Positions 1 through 11,416 are shown, counted from the stretch's first letter. The stretch: DNA of 64,000 nucleotides from Deinococcus sp. (GCA_965261005.1 OZ253375.1:2336001-2400000); one strand, 5' to 3'. Notes: generated from the letters alone by a model not told the origin. A program made the numbers and translations.

Positions 1-1114
1 GGCTGCGCAGCACGCCCGAGTTCTGCTTGGGGTAGGCCATGACCTCGCCGCCCCGAACCACGCCGCGCGCGAAGACCGTCTTGTCGGGGGGGGCGCTAAA
101 GGCGCTGCCGGCGCGCAGCCGGACCGTTCTGGGCGCCTGCCCGCTCAGGGCCGGCTTCACGATCAGCTCGAACACCAAGAGGGCGCTGACCGGGTTGCCG
201 GGCAAGCCGAACAGCGGCAGGCCGTCCCAGGTGCCGCAGATGGCCGGGCCGCCCGGCCGCATGCGAACCTTCCAGTAAGCGACCGTTCCCCGCTCCATCA
301 GCAGGTCGCGCACGAAGTCGTAGTTGCCCATGCTGACCCCACCCGAGGTCAGCAGCAGGTCGGCGCCGCCCGCCTGACGCAAAGCGTCCGTCAGCGCCTC
401 TGGCCGGTCGGGCACTTGGCCGAGGTCCAGCGGCTCGTGTCCCGCTTCCCGCAACGCGCCGATCAGGCCGTAGACGTTCGCGTTGTAGACGTGTCCCCTC
501 GGCAGCGGCTCGCCGGGCGGGGTCAATTCGTCGCCGGTGGACAGCAGCGCCACCCGCAACGCCTTGTGCACCGGCACCTGGGCGTACCCGAGGGCCGCCG
601 CCAAGGCCACCCGCGCCGGCGTGAGCATTTGTCCCGCGCGCAGCACCACCTCGCCCGCCCGAAAGTCCTGCCCCGCCCGCCGCACGTCCCCCGGAAAGGC
701 GGGGCGCAGCAGCAGCACGCCTTCAGCGTCCTCGCGCAGCTGCTCGACCGGGCAGATGGCGTCCGCGCCCGCCGGCACGGGGGCGCCGGTGTAAATTCTC
801 GCGGCCTGACCGGGACCGACCGCGCCGCCGTAAGGCGCCCCGGCCCGCGCCTCACCCACCAGCCGCAGCCGCACGGGCTGCTCGGGGCTGGCACCCAAGG
901 TGTCCGCCTCGCGGCAAGCGATCCCGTCCAGGGCGCTGTCGTCGTCGGTGGGGTGGCTGACCAGGGCGGGAAGGTCGGCGGCCAGGGTGCGGCCGTAGGC
1001 GTCCGTCAGGGGCACCTGCTCGCTGGGGCGGGGGGGCAGCAGGGCCGCGAACAGGGCGCGCGCCCCCTCGACGCTGACGAACATAGGAAAGTCGGGTACG
1101 GGAAAGTCGGGCAT
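1..1114 (-). CDS. moeA: molybdopterin molybdotransferase MoeA (3' end runs off the window)
   Basis: Manual translation from ATG 1114: MPDFPVPDFPMFVSV...GRTLAADL...SALDG...LLTSGGVSMGNYD...FGLPGNPVS; not in the ORF track because there is no stop in the window. Confidence 0.92.
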   Translation of the reverse strand, partial: MPDFPVPDFPMFVSVEGARALFAALLPPRPSEQVPLTDAYGRTLAADLPALVSHPTDDDSALDGIACREADTLGASPEQPVRLRLVGEARAGAPYGGAVGPGQAARIYTGAPVPAGADAICPVEQLREDAEGVLLLRPAFPGDVRRAGQDFRAGEVVLRAGQMLTPARVALAAALGYAQVPVHKALRVALLSTGDELTPPGEPLPRGHVYNANVYGLIGALREAGHEPLDLGQVPDRPEALTDALRQAGGADLLLTSGGVSMGNYDFVRDLLMERGTVAYWKVRMRPGGPAICGTWDGLPLFGLPGNPVSALLVFELIVKPALSGQAPRTVRLRAGSAFSAPPDKTVFARGVVRGGEVMAYPKQNSGVLRS

Positions 1115-1142
1115 GGCTCAGCAAAGCACACGCCCGCCCGCC

Positions 1143-2678
1143 TCACGCTGGGCTTTGTCCCGAAGTCGGGGTCGGCGCCGGGTCGTCCACGCCGGCCGGC
1201 CGGCCTTCCAGCAGCGCCTCCACGGCGCCGAGGGGACCCCGCAGGTCCAGGCTTTTCAGCGCGGCCAGGTAAGCGTCCCGGAAGCGCCCGTTCTCGCCCA
1301 AGTCGCCGAAGACCTCTTCCAAATCCAGAAAGGCGCCCGGTTGCTTCAGGTCGCGGCGGGCCGCCGCCGCCAGCATGTCCGCGCGCTGGTCTTGCAGGGG
1401 TGGAAAGCGTCCGTCGGCGCTTGTCGCCTCGGCGACGTAGGCGCGCCAGGACGCCACCACTAGGGCGGCGTGTTTGACCTCGCCGCCCTCCGCCAACTGG
1501 TCGCGCACGACCGGCAGCAGGAACTTGGGAATGCGCTCCGAGCCGTCGAAGATCAGGCGGGCCAAGGTGTCCTTGATGGCGGCGTTGGAGAAGCGCGCGA
1601 TCAGCTCACGTTGGTAGCCGCCGAGATCAATGCCGGGCACGGGCCGCAGGGTGGGCGTGGCCTCGTCCTGCATGTACGACAGCAAAAAGCGCGCGAACGG
1701 CGGGTTTTGGCACGCCTCATGAACGTAGGTGGAGCCGGCCAGCAAACCCAGGTAGCCCACCGCTTGGTGGGCGGCGTTGAGCAGCCGCAGCTTCATCAGC
1801 TCGTAGGGTTCGACGTCCCCCACCACCTGCACGCCCACCTTCTCCAGCGGCGGCCGTCCCAAGGTGAAGTGGTCTTCGAGGACCCACTGGGTAAAGCTCT
1901 CCGCCACGACCGGCCAGGCATCCTCTAGGCCGTACTCCGCCGCGATCTCGCGGCGGTCCTCGTCCGTGGTCGCGGGCGTGATGCGGTCCACCATCGAGTT
2001 CGGAAAGGCCACGTTCTGGGCGATCCATTCCCCCAGGTCGGGGTCTTTCAAGCGGGCAAAGGCGCTCAGCACCCGTCCCGTGACGTGGCCGTTGCCCTGG
2101 ATGTTGTCGCACGACATCACCGTGAAGGGGGCGTGGCCGCGCTCGCGGCGCCGGCGCAGCCCCTCGGTCATCAGGCCGAAGACCGTTCTCGGCACGGCGC
2201 CCGGCGTCAGGTCATGCGCGATGGCCTCGCCCGTGGGATCAAATTCTCCGGTCGCGTTGTTGACGCTGTAGCCGCCCTCGGTGACGGTCAGCGAGACGAT
2301 GCGGGTGGCCGGGTCGGCGAGCTTTTCGATCACCCGCTCGGGGTCGTCGGGGGCGAACAGGTACTCGGCGATGGAGCCGATCACCCTGGCTTCCTCCTGT
2401 CCTTCCGGCGAGCGGGTGACCAAGGTGTAGAGGTTGTCCTGACCCTCCAGCACGTCGCGCATGCGCGCGTCAGATGGCAGGACGCCCACGCCGCAGATCG
2501 CCCACTCGGTGCTCCGACCCGTATTCAAGAGCCGGTCCAGGTACATGGCTTGGTGCGAGCGGTGAAAGGCGCCCACGCCGAAGTGGACGATGCCCACCGA
2601 CAGTTCGCGCGGGTCGTAGCTTGGCACGGCCACCGCCGAATCCAGGGCGGACAAGGTGGATAAGCTGAGTTTGACCAT
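1143..2678 (-). CDS. mannitol 2-dehydrogenase family protein
   Basis: GIVHFGVGAFHRSHQA, SLTVTEGGY, MSCDN, FPNSMVDRITP, KLRLLNA motifs; GGAGG upstream of ATG 2678. Confidence 0.93.
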   Translation of the reverse strand: MVKLSLSTLSALDSAVAVPSYDPRELSVGIVHFGVGAFHRSHQAMYLDRLLNTGRSTEWAICGVGVLPSDARMRDVLEGQDNLYTLVTRSPEGQEEARVIGSIAEYLFAPDDPERVIEKLADPATRIVSLTVTEGGYSVNNATGEFDPTGEAIAHDLTPGAVPRTVFGLMTEGLRRRRERGHAPFTVMSCDNIQGNGHVTGRVLSAFARLKDPDLGEWIAQNVAFPNSMVDRITPATTDEDRREIAAEYGLEDAWPVVAESFTQWVLEDHFTLGRPPLEKVGVQVVGDVEPYELMKLRLLNAAHQAVGYLGLLAGSTYVHEACQNPPFARFLLSYMQDEATPTLRPVPGIDLGGYQRELIARFSNAAIKDTLARLIFDGSERIPKFLLPVVRDQLAEGGEVKHAALVVASWRAYVAEATSADGRFPPLQDQRADMLAAAARRDLKQPGAFLDLEEVFGDLGENGRFRDAYLAALKSLDLRGPLGAVEALLEGRPAGVDDPAPTPTSGQSPA

Positions 2679-2713
2679 GAATGGGCCTCCCAAAAGACCT
2701 GAACCTGCGGCGT

Positions 2714-3355
2714 TCAGTCCAGGAGTTCAATGATGAGGTCGGCGCGTGAGCGGGCGCCCCGGATCAGCTCGGCGTTGGGTTGATCCACCCCGGTCGCCCA
2801 CGCCTCGGCCTCGCGGCGGGACCGGCCGTGGGCCTCGTGGCGCCGCACCAATCGGGGCAGGCGCACCTCGTCGGGGAGGTCGAGAAACCACACCGTGTCG
2901 AGGCTCGCCCGGACCTTCGCCCACGCGCCGTCTTCTAACAGCAGATAGTTGCCCTCGGTGACGACCAGCGGCGTCTTCGCGAACACCGGAACGGCGCTCC
3001 CAATGCTCTCCTCAAGGTCGCGGTCGAAGCGGGGAGCGTAGACCGTCTTACTGGCCCCGCGCAGCCGCTTCAAGAGCGCCGCGTAACCGCCCGCGTCGAA
3101 GGTGTCCGGCGCCCCCTTGCGCCCGCGCCGGCCGAGGCGCTCCAGCTCCTGGTTCGCCAGGTGGAAGCCGTCCATGCCGACCACCGCCACGTCCCCGCCA
3201 AGAGAGCGGGCGATCAGGGCGCACAGGCTGGACTTGCCCGCGCCGGGCGCCCCCGTGACGCCCAGCAGGCGCCGCTCTCCCGGAACGATCAGCGCCCGCA
3301 CCCGGTCCATGAGGTCGGCGCCGGTGATCTGGTGGCTGGGCGGGGAAGGGGCCAT
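2714..3355 (-). CDS. P-loop sugar/nucleoside kinase (FrcK/uridine kinase-like)
   Basis: GAPGAGKS, MDGFHL, RKGAPDTFD, VVTEGNYLL; lies in the polyol operon. Confidence 0.8.
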   Translation of the reverse strand: MAPSPPSHQITGADLMDRVRALIVPGERRLLGVTGAPGAGKSSLCALIARSLGGDVAVVGMDGFHLANQELERLGRRGRKGAPDTFDAGGYAALLKRLRGASKTVYAPRFDRDLEESIGSAVPVFAKTPLVVTEGNYLLLEDGAWAKVRASLDTVWFLDLPDEVRLPRLVRRHEAHGRSRREAEAWATGVDQPNAELIRGARSRADLIIELLD

Positions 3356-3363
3356 GCGTGAGC

Positions 3364-4217
3364 TTACTTGACGGCCCCGAAAGTCAAACCGCGCACCAGT
3401 TGGCGCTGGGCGATCCAACCGAAGATCATCGCCGGCAGCACCGTCAGGGTGGCGGCGGCCGACATCTGCGCCCAGAACAACCCCTCGGAGGTCTTAAAGG
3501 AGCTGATAAAAACCGACAAGGGCGCGGCCTGGGCCGAGGTCAGGTTCAGCGCAAAGAACACCTCGTTCCACGCGAAGATGATGGCCAAGAGGGCGGTCGC
3601 GGCGATGCCAGGGGTCGAGAGCGGCAGGGCCAACCTGAAGAACTCCTGCGCGGTGCTGGCCCCGTCCACCTTGGCGGCCTCGAAGATGCCGAAGGGAATC
3701 TCGTTCATGTACGAGTGCATCATCCACAGGACCAGCGGTAAATTGAAGGTCGTGTACATCAAAATCAGGCCCGGCAGGGTGTCGAGCAAGTTCAAATCCC
3801 GGAACAGCAAAAAGAGCGGCACGATCACGCCGACGGCGGGCATCATCTTGGTCGAGAGCGCCCAGACCAGGGTATTGCGCGCCCGCTTGGTGGGGTAGAT
3901 CGCCAGGGCGAAGGCGGCGGGCAATCCCAGTACAAAGGCGAGAATGGTCGAGCCGAGCGAGGCGATCAGCGAGTTGCCCAGCGCCGGCCCGTAGCCCGTG
4001 AGCGCGCGCGAGAAGTTCTCCAAAATGGGCCTGAAGCTGAACACCGGCGGGACGGCGAAGGCCTGCGCCTCGGTCTTGAAGGCGGCCAGCACCATCCACA
4101 GAATCGGAAAAAAGAAGACAAAGGTGAGCAGGTACGCCAAGACGGTCAGAATGGCGCCCTGCGGCTTCCAGCGCCGCTGAGGCCGCGAGGGGGCGGCGGC
4201 GCGTGAGGGCAAGACGG

Positions 4218-4221
<4 letters not shown>
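3364..4221 (-). CDS. polyol/carbohydrate ABC permease (MalG-like)
   Basis: TM helices, EAAKVDGAS loop; GTG start overlaps the upstream stop. Confidence 0.9.
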
Positions 4222-5135
<914 letters not shown>

Positions 5136-5222
5136 GAAAACCTCCCAAAGAAGACCCGAAAGAAAAAACTTGGGCCGCATGTCAAGCGCTGCGGCCCATG
5201 CTCACTGCTGACGTCCTACGGC

Positions 5223-6620
5223 TTACTTTTGGTAGCCGCCGTCCTTGGCGACCTTTTGGGCGGCGGCCTGCGCCTGTGCCTGCGCCTGCGCGACGGTGGT
5301 CTGGCCGCTCAGCGCGCCGGCCAGGTATTGGCCGACCTGGGTGCCGAGGGCCTGGAACTCGGGAATCGAAACGTACTGCACGCCGGTGTAGGGCACCGGG
5401 TCCTTGGTGGCGTTGTTGACGTCGGCGGTATTGATGCTGTTGAGGACCAAGCTGCTAAAGGCGCCGGCGGCCTTTTTGTAGTTGGGGTTTTTGTAGGTGC
5501 TGCTGCGGGTGCCGGGAGGCACCGAGGCCCAGGTCCCCTTGGTCTTGGCGACCAGGGCGATGTACTCGGGGCTGGTGGCCCAGGTGATGAACTTGAAGGC
5601 GTCCGCTTCCCGCTTGCTGCTCTTGGGAATGGCCAAATTCCACGACCAGAACCAGTTGCTGCCCTTCGGCGTGGTGCCGACCGGCGCCTTGGCGAAGCCC
5701 ACCGTGTTCACGATCTTGGAGCTGGACGGGTCACTCAGGAAGCCCGCCGCCACGGTGGCGTCCACCCACATGCCACACTTGCCTTGGCTCATCAAGGTGA
5801 GGTTCTCGGTGAAGCCGTTGGAGGTGGCGCCGGGAGGGCCGTACTTCTTCATCAAATTGACGTAGAAGTTCATGGCCTTGGTCCAGGCCGGGCTGCTCAC
5901 CTGGGCTTGCCAGTTGTTGTCGTACCAGCGCCCGCCGAAGGTATTCACCATGGTGCTGAAGAGCGCCATGTTCTCGCCCCAACCGGGCAGACCGCGCAGG
6001 CAGATGCCGTAGACGCCGCCCTTTGGATTGTTGATCTTGGCGGCGTAGCCTTCGATCTGGTTCCAGGTGGGGCTTCGCGGCATGGTCAGCCCGGCCTTCT
6101 TAAACAGAGCCTTGTTGTAATACGTCATGCTGCTCTCGGCGTAAAAGGGCACGGCGTACAAATTGCCGTTGACGGTCAGCGCCTTGCGTACCGCAGGAAC
6201 CATGTCGTTCAAGTTGTAGTCCGCCGCAACGCCCGTGTTTTTGGAGAATTCCGGCGTGAGGGGGGCGAGCCAGCCGTTCTTGTCCCAGACCGGCACCTCG
6301 TTCTTGGCGAACTTCGGGGTGAGGGGGATGAGCCAGTCGTTCTTGGCCCAGATCGGCACTTCGTAGACGCCCACGGTCACCACGTCGAAGCTGCCCGCGC
6401 CACTGGCGACGTCCAACGTGACCTTTTGACGCAGCTCATTTTCCGGCAGCACTACCCACTTGACGGTGATGTCCGGATACTTCTTGTTGAACTTTGGGGT
6501 CAGCTTTTGCATGGTCACCATGTCTGGGTTGTTGACCGTGGCAATGGTGATGGTGCTTCGGGCGAGGGCGGCGCCCGACCCGAGGGCCAAGGCGGCGAGC
6601 AAGAACTTTGCGTGTTTCAT
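5223..6620 (-). CDS. sorbitol/mannitol ABC substrate-binding protein (SmoE/MtlE-like)
   Basis: Signal peptide MKHAKFLLAALAL; ITIATVNNPDM, GICLRGLPGWGENMA, VPYTGVQYV. Confidence 0.92.
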   Translation of the reverse strand: MKHAKFLLAALALGSGAALARSTITIATVNNPDMVTMQKLTPKFNKKYPDITVKWVVLPENELRQKVTLDVASGAGSFDVVTVGVYEVPIWAKNDWLIPLTPKFAKNEVPVWDKNGWLAPLTPEFSKNTGVAADYNLNDMVPAVRKALTVNGNLYAVPFYAESSMTYYNKALFKKAGLTMPRSPTWNQIEGYAAKINNPKGGVYGICLRGLPGWGENMALFSTMVNTFGGRWYDNNWQAQVSSPAWTKAMNFYVNLMKKYGPPGATSNGFTENLTLMSQGKCGMWVDATVAAGFLSDPSSSKIVNTVGFAKAPVGTTPKGSNWFWSWNLAIPKSSKREADAFKFITWATSPEYIALVAKTKGTWASVPPGTRSSTYKNPNYKKAAGAFSSLVLNSINTADVNNATKDPVPYTGVQYVSIPEFQALGTQVGQYLAGALSGQTTVAQAQAQAQAAAQKVAKDGGYQK

Positions 6621-6806
6621 AGCTTCCTCCTGAAGAGGCGGCGAGACCGGGTAGAAAGACCGCATAAAAAAGTCTATAAGTGGTCACTCGCACTCCTCAA
6701 GTATGATGGCAGTTCATAACGCTCTTGTGATGGCCACGAGGCCATCGTGTAGGTGGGCAGTTGATCTTTGTCCAGATCCACTTCGGCGCTCGCCTATACT
6801 GCCCGT

Positions 6807-7856
6807 GTGCCGACCATTCACGACGTCGCCAAGCTTGCCGGGGTCTCGGCCACCACGGCCAAGCGCGCGTTGCGTTCACCCGAGTTGCTCCACCCGGCGA
6901 CCCTCAAGCGGGTGCGCGCGGCGGTCGAGCAGCTGCACTACGAGCCGGACCGCACCGCCGGCGCCCTACGAAGGGGCCAAGGGCAGGTGGTGGGCCTGAT
7001 CGTCGGCTCCATTGTCGAGCCGTTTTTTGCCGAACTCGCCCGCAGCCTCAGCCGCGCCTTACAAGGCGCGGGGTACTCGGTGGTGCTGGCCGAAAACGAG
7101 TACCGCACCGACCTTGAGCTGGAAGCGCTGCGCCTGCTGCACGGCCAGCGGGTGGGCGCCCTGATCGTGCGCTCCGGCTACGGGCCTTCAAACGTGGATT
7201 ACCTGGAGCGGCTGCGGGGACGCGGGGTCTTCGTGCTGGAAATTGACCACCACATGCCGGACAGCCCCTTCGGCTGGGTGATGCTCGACAACGCGGGCTG
7301 CGTGCGCGAGGGGGTGCGTTACCTGCACGCCCTGGGCCACACCCGCGTCGCGGCGCTGGGCACCTACGACCCGGAGCGCCACCCCGAGGAGCGCTCACGG
7401 ACCTTTCCGCAGGTCATGTGCGAATTGGGCCTGAGCGTTCCCCCCGAGTACCAGCGGGTGATCCGCCTCAACGAGCAGGACGCGTACACCCTGACCCATC
7501 ATCTGATGCGCTTGCCCGAGCCGCCCACCGCCCTGTTCGCCTTGACGGGCACCGGCGCGAGCGGCGCCTTTAAGGCGCTGTGCGAATTGAACTTGCACAT
7601 TCCGCGGGACGTGTCCCTGCTCGCCTTCGACGACTCCCCCTGGATGTCCCTGGTGGACCCGCCCATTGATACCTTCGCCCAGCCGGTGCGTCAGATGGGC
7701 GAGGTCGCTGCCGACTTGGTGTTGCGGGCCATGCGCGGGAATGTGTCGGAAAACCTGCGGCTCACCTTGCCCGGCACGCTGCTCAGGCGCGGCAGCTGCG
7801 CGCCGCCGCGCGAGGTCTACCGCCACCACAGTCCCAGCGCCAGCCGCGCGCCGTAG
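6807..7856 (+). CDS. LacI family transcriptional regulator
   Basis: TIHDVAKLAGVS HTH plus sugar-binding domain; divergent from the polyol operon; TATACT at 6795-6800 suggests a leaderless GTG start. Confidence 0.92.
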   Translation: MPTIHDVAKLAGVSATTAKRALRSPELLHPATLKRVRAAVEQLHYEPDRTAGALRRGQGQVVGLIVGSIVEPFFAELARSLSRALQGAGYSVVLAENEYRTDLELEALRLLHGQRVGALIVRSGYGPSNVDYLERLRGRGVFVLEIDHHMPDSPFGWVMLDNAGCVREGVRYLHALGHTRVAALGTYDPERHPEERSRTFPQVMCELGLSVPPEYQRVIRLNEQDAYTLTHHLMRLPEPPTALFALTGTGASGAFKALCELNLHIPRDVSLLAFDDSPWMSLVDPPIDTFAQPVRQMGEVAADLVLRAMRGNVSENLRLTLPGTLLRRGSCAPPREVYRHHSPSASRAP

Positions 7857-8086
7857 AGTGGCACACCTCGCCGCGGCGTGGTCCCCGGTCCTCAATCACC
7901 TCCCGGGTCAGTTCGAGCATCGCCTGAGCGTCCCGAAACGCCGTCGCCATCTCATCCGGCAGCAGGCGGTGCAGCCGCAAGGTCCACAACCAGGTCTGAG
8001 CGCTGCACCGTTCGCGGACGGGCGCGACCTCATCGCCCGTCCGCTTCTCCCGTGTTTAGTCGTGATAAAAGCCTGCGGATCGGGAA

Positions 8087-8216
8087 TCATACGGGATTGC
8101 TTTGATTCCAACCTATGTTGGGAAAGCACCACCATAGGTTTCCATCGCCGCTATCCCGTGTCTTCTTGTACTCGCTCCGCTCGGATTCGTCTTCGACTTA
8201 TCTTAAGTTCGTATCA
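8087..8216 (+). repeat. TA-flanked SRE-like miniature repeat carrying an empty IS110 target (ACTCG-CT-CCGCTC)
   Basis: Near-identical to 25689-25854; ends ATACG...CGTAT; last TCA is the stop of the neighbouring minus-strand gene. Confidence 0.85.
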
Positions 8217-10016
8217 GGGGTAGCTGATCACGTTGCTCGGCACGGTGTTGGTGCCGGGAATGGGCACGGCGGCGCCGGCGTCGTTGATGACGTGGTCGAT
8301 AAAGCCCACGTTGCCCAGCGAGACGGTCAGCAGATCGTGGAACTTGACGCCGGGCACGTTCGGCACCTCAAAGGCGCGGTCGGCGCGCAGGGTCGGGTCC
8401 ACGTTAAAGAAACAGTAGACGCCCAGCCCCCACGCCTCGTGGCTGGTCACGCCGTCCGCCACCTTGTAGGCTGCGTAGCCGTTCGCGCCCGCGCGCCAAG
8501 TCGCTTGATCGGGGGCGTCGTAGGGCAGTTCGTTTTGGAAGAAGATGGTCTTGCCGCCCTGGCCGTTCCAGATGACCTCGTACTTTTGGTAGTGCTCGAC
8601 GAAGAGGCCGGTCGCGAGGACGTTGTCACCGTTGACGATCAAGCCGGTGTCGGCGGTGTTGATGGTCCAGCCGGTTGGAAAGGCGCCGTGGTCGGCGCGC
8701 CAAGCCCAGATGTGGTCAATGATGGCGTCGTCGCTGTTGACGATCAGGCTGGTGGTCGCCTTGCCCGCCACCGCCCCGCCGATGCGGAAGAACACGTCCT
8801 GAATGGTGGTGGGGTTGGCCGCGTGGCTGACGTGCGCGCCGGCCGTGCCGACCGTGAGCAGCGCCTGGCTGTTGGTCGTGCCCGCGTCGAACAGCAGGCC
8901 GGCGACCTTGACGCCGTCCACGTCCGCCACCGACATGGCGTTCACGCCGCCGTCGGGCACCAGCGTCGGAAAGCCGAGGCCGAGCACCACCGTGTTGGGC
9001 CGGGACACGTTGAGGGTCTGGCTGAGGTGGTACACGCCGGGGGTCAGGAACAGGTTGAGGCCCTGCGCCAGCGCCGCGTTCAGGGTCGCCGTACTGTCGC
9101 TCGGCCTCGCGACGTAGAACTGGCTCATCGGAATGCTGCTGCCGGGGGTGTTGGGCCACGAGGCGCCCGAGGCGTTCGTTCTCAGGCTGGGCACGAAGAC
9201 GGCGTACTTGCCGTTCTCGAAGTATAAATAAGGCTTTTCGCGCGAAACCGGGGTGGTCGCCAGCGTGGTGTAGGGCGGCTTGGGAAAGCTCTGCGCCGGG
9301 GCGCCGGTCACGCCCGAAAACACCATGTTCCAGTTCGAGTTGGTCCAGCCGCCGATGTCGCTGTCGCGGGTGTACCACTGCTGTTGCGAGCCGGAATTGA
9401 TGGTGCCGTCCACCTTGCTGTCGGCGATATAGCCGCCGCTGGCGTAACCGGTCGGGGCGCCCTGGTTGGACGGTCCCAGCGCCAGCCCACCCCGGACGTG
9501 CAGCCGGCGCATGGGGGCGGCCTGCGACACCGCCCAGCGGGTGGTGCCCCCGGACGGCACGACCGCCAGGTTCTCCGCCGACCGCCAGAAGTTCTGGGTG
9601 GCGTTGGTGAGGTCGCCGTAGTTCCAGCCGCTGTCCACGTTGATGTTGCCCCGAATGGTCACGTCGTCGGGATTTCTGCCCAGACCGGCCAGCGTGGTGT
9701 AAAAGCCCAGGTTGGCGTTGTTGCTGTAGGTGCCCGGCTTGAACAGAAACACGTGGCGCTCGTCGCCGAACTGCGCGGTCGGGCTGCGCAACTGGGCGCT
9801 GAAGGCGACGTCCAGCTGGGTCTGAATGTCGGCCTGCGGCGTGGACGGGTCGAAGATTGCCACGTTGGGACCGAAGTCCGGTGTGTCGGAGGTCGGCAGG
9901 CCATTCGAGGGCGGTGTTGTGGGCGGCGGCGAAGAGGGCGGGTTGAACAGGTCCTGCTGTCCACAACTGCTCAGCACGACGGTCAGGCCCACCAGAAAAG
10001 CGCTGGCTTTTTTCAT
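8214..10016 (-). CDS. lipoprotein, GH55-like exo-beta-1,3-glucanase (beta-helix)
   Basis: Lipobox VLSSC and Pro-rich linker; TQNFWRSAENL, SGSQQQW, FVEHYQKY, FFQNELPYD motifs as in actinobacterial GH55. Confidence 0.75.
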   Translation of the reverse strand: MKKASAFLVGLTVVLSSCGQQDLFNPPSSPPPTTPPSNGLPTSDTPDFGPNVAIFDPSTPQADIQTQLDVAFSAQLRSPTAQFGDERHVFLFKPGTYSNNANLGFYTTLAGLGRNPDDVTIRGNINVDSGWNYGDLTNATQNFWRSAENLAVVPSGGTTRWAVSQAAPMRRLHVRGGLALGPSNQGAPTGYASGGYIADSKVDGTINSGSQQQWYTRDSDIGGWTNSNWNMVFSGVTGAPAQSFPKPPYTTLATTPVSREKPYLYFENGKYAVFVPSLRTNASGASWPNTPGSSIPMSQFYVARPSDSTATLNAALAQGLNLFLTPGVYHLSQTLNVSRPNTVVLGLGFPTLVPDGGVNAMSVADVDGVKVAGLLFDAGTTNSQALLTVGTAGAHVSHAANPTTIQDVFFRIGGAVAGKATTSLIVNSDDAIIDHIWAWRADHGAFPTGWTINTADTGLIVNGDNVLATGLFVEHYQKYEVIWNGQGGKTIFFQNELPYDAPDQATWRAGANGYAAYKVADGVTSHEAWGLGVYCFFNVDPTLRADRAFEVPNVPGVKFHDLLTVSLGNVGFIDHVINDAGAAVPIPGTNTVPSNVISYP

Positions 10017-10182
10017 GTACACCCCTGGGAAAGTAAGAAGATGGCGGCGTGGTAGGGCTTGAGTAGTTTTCGAGTACGCCCACACTATTAGCGGTACAAA
10101 AATGAAAAGGACGTAAGGACCGCCGTCAGTTGGCCCGGTTTTGTAAAGGTTTCACATCATCGCGCCCTCTATAAAAATCAGC

Positions 10183-10713
10183 TCAAGGGCCGGGATTCGC
10201 CAGAATACCCACGTCCGGCCAGCCCAGCGCCACCTCGCGCAAGGCGGCGCCCCCGATCTCGATGTCCCGCTCGGTCACGTACTGGCCGCCCAAGCGTTCG
10301 TAGAAGCCGCGCGAGGGGTTATCCTTCAGGACCCACAGGGCCAGGTCTTTGAAGCCCCCAGCTTGCAATTCTCTTGCCAGGGCGCCCACCAGCGCCCGCC
10401 CGGCGCCGCGCCCCTGGGCCGCGCGCAGCAGGTAGATGGCGTACAGCTCGCCGCCGAAGCCGGGAATGCCGGACTGCGCCGGGCCGCCGCCCACGAAGCC
10501 GAACACGCCGTTCTCGTCCTGAGCCACCAAGACGGTTTGCGTCTCCAACTGCCCGCGCCAGCGCTCGGCGCGGCGCTCCCGACCGAGGGGTAAGCCGTCC
10601 AGGTAGCCTTGCGGCACCAGCCCGCTGTAGGTGCTTTGCCAGCTGGCAATCTGCACGTAGGCGATGTCCGGGGCGTCGGCGGGCGTGGCGCGGCGAAGGC
10701 GGAAGGGCGGCAT
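10183..10713 (-). CDS. GNAT family N-acetyltransferase
   Basis: ELYAIYLLRAAQGRGAG, WVLKDNPSRGFYERLGG. Confidence 0.9.
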   Translation of the reverse strand: MPPFRLRRATPADAPDIAYVQIASWQSTYSGLVPQGYLDGLPLGRERRAERWRGQLETQTVLVAQDENGVFGFVGGGPAQSGIPGFGGELYAIYLLRAAQGRGAGRALVGALARELQAGGFKDLALWVLKDNPSRGFYERLGGQYVTERDIEIGGAALREVALGWPDVGILANPGP

Positions 10714-10726
10714 GGCCCAGTTTAAT

Positions 10727-11350
10727 TCAGTCGCTCAGGCCCACTGCCTGTCCCAGCCAGGCGTCATTTTCCAATTGGGCCAGCATAAAGTGCGCCACGT
10801 CGGCGCGGGCGACGCGGCCCATGCCCGCGACCTTCAGGTAGGGCGCGGCGCGGTAAGCGTATTTGGGCGGCGCATTGGTCAGGCCGCTGGGGCGCGCGAT
10901 CACCCAGTCCAGGCCGCTGTCCTTTACCAGCTGTTCCTGCTTCTCCTTGTCGGCCATCTCCTCGCGCAGCAGCAGCGGCACCAGCACCCGCTCGAACAGC
11001 CAGCCCGCCTCCCCCTTGGAGTCGCCCACCCCGAGGGCGCTCTCCACGATCATTCGCTTTCCGCCGTGCTTGTGTAGCCCCTGAATGGCGTGCAGCGTGC
11101 CCGCCGCGCAGGGCTGCGGGCCGCGCGGCTTGCCGCCCAGCGTGACCAGGGCGGCCTCCTGCCCCTCGCAGGCGGCGACCACCTGAGCCGCGTCGAACAC
11201 GTCCCCCTCCACCACCCTCAGCCGGTCGTGGCGCATCTGGAGTTTGTCCGGCGTCCTGGCGTAGGCGGTGACGCGGTGCCCGGCGCCGAGCGCCTGACGC
11301 ACCACCTCGCGGCCGGTGCCGCCGGTCGGACCAAAAACAATCACATTCAT
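10727..11350 (-). CDS. NAD(P)-binding oxidoreductase (atypical SDR/flavin reductase-like)
   Basis: FGPTGGTG Rossmann motif, SGLDWVIARP, RADVAHFML. Confidence 0.88.
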   Translation of the reverse strand: MNVIVFGPTGGTGREVVRQALGAGHRVTAYARTPDKLQMRHDRLRVVEGDVFDAAQVVAACEGQEAALVTLGGKPRGPQPCAAGTLHAIQGLHKHGGKRMIVESALGVGDSKGEAGWLFERVLVPLLLREEMADKEKQEQLVKDSGLDWVIARPSGLTNAPPKYAYRAAPYLKVAGMGRVARADVAHFMLAQLENDAWLGQAVGLSD

Positions 11351-11416
11351 AAGGCGATGACGTTCATGGGTTCAGCTTGACCGGCGCGCATGAGGGGGCG
11401 CGTTCAAAACGTTCAG

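Noticed and set aside
416..1477. 353-aa plus-strand ORF and other long antisense ORFs (e.g. 4203-6719, 37165-38778, 58307-60559)
   Set aside because: Shadow ORFs of high-GC genes on the opposite strand, with no recognisable motifs
7860..8085. Short ORF MWTLRLHRLLPDEMATAFRDAQAMLEL
   Set aside because: Possibly a gene remnant, but no start signal or family could be supported
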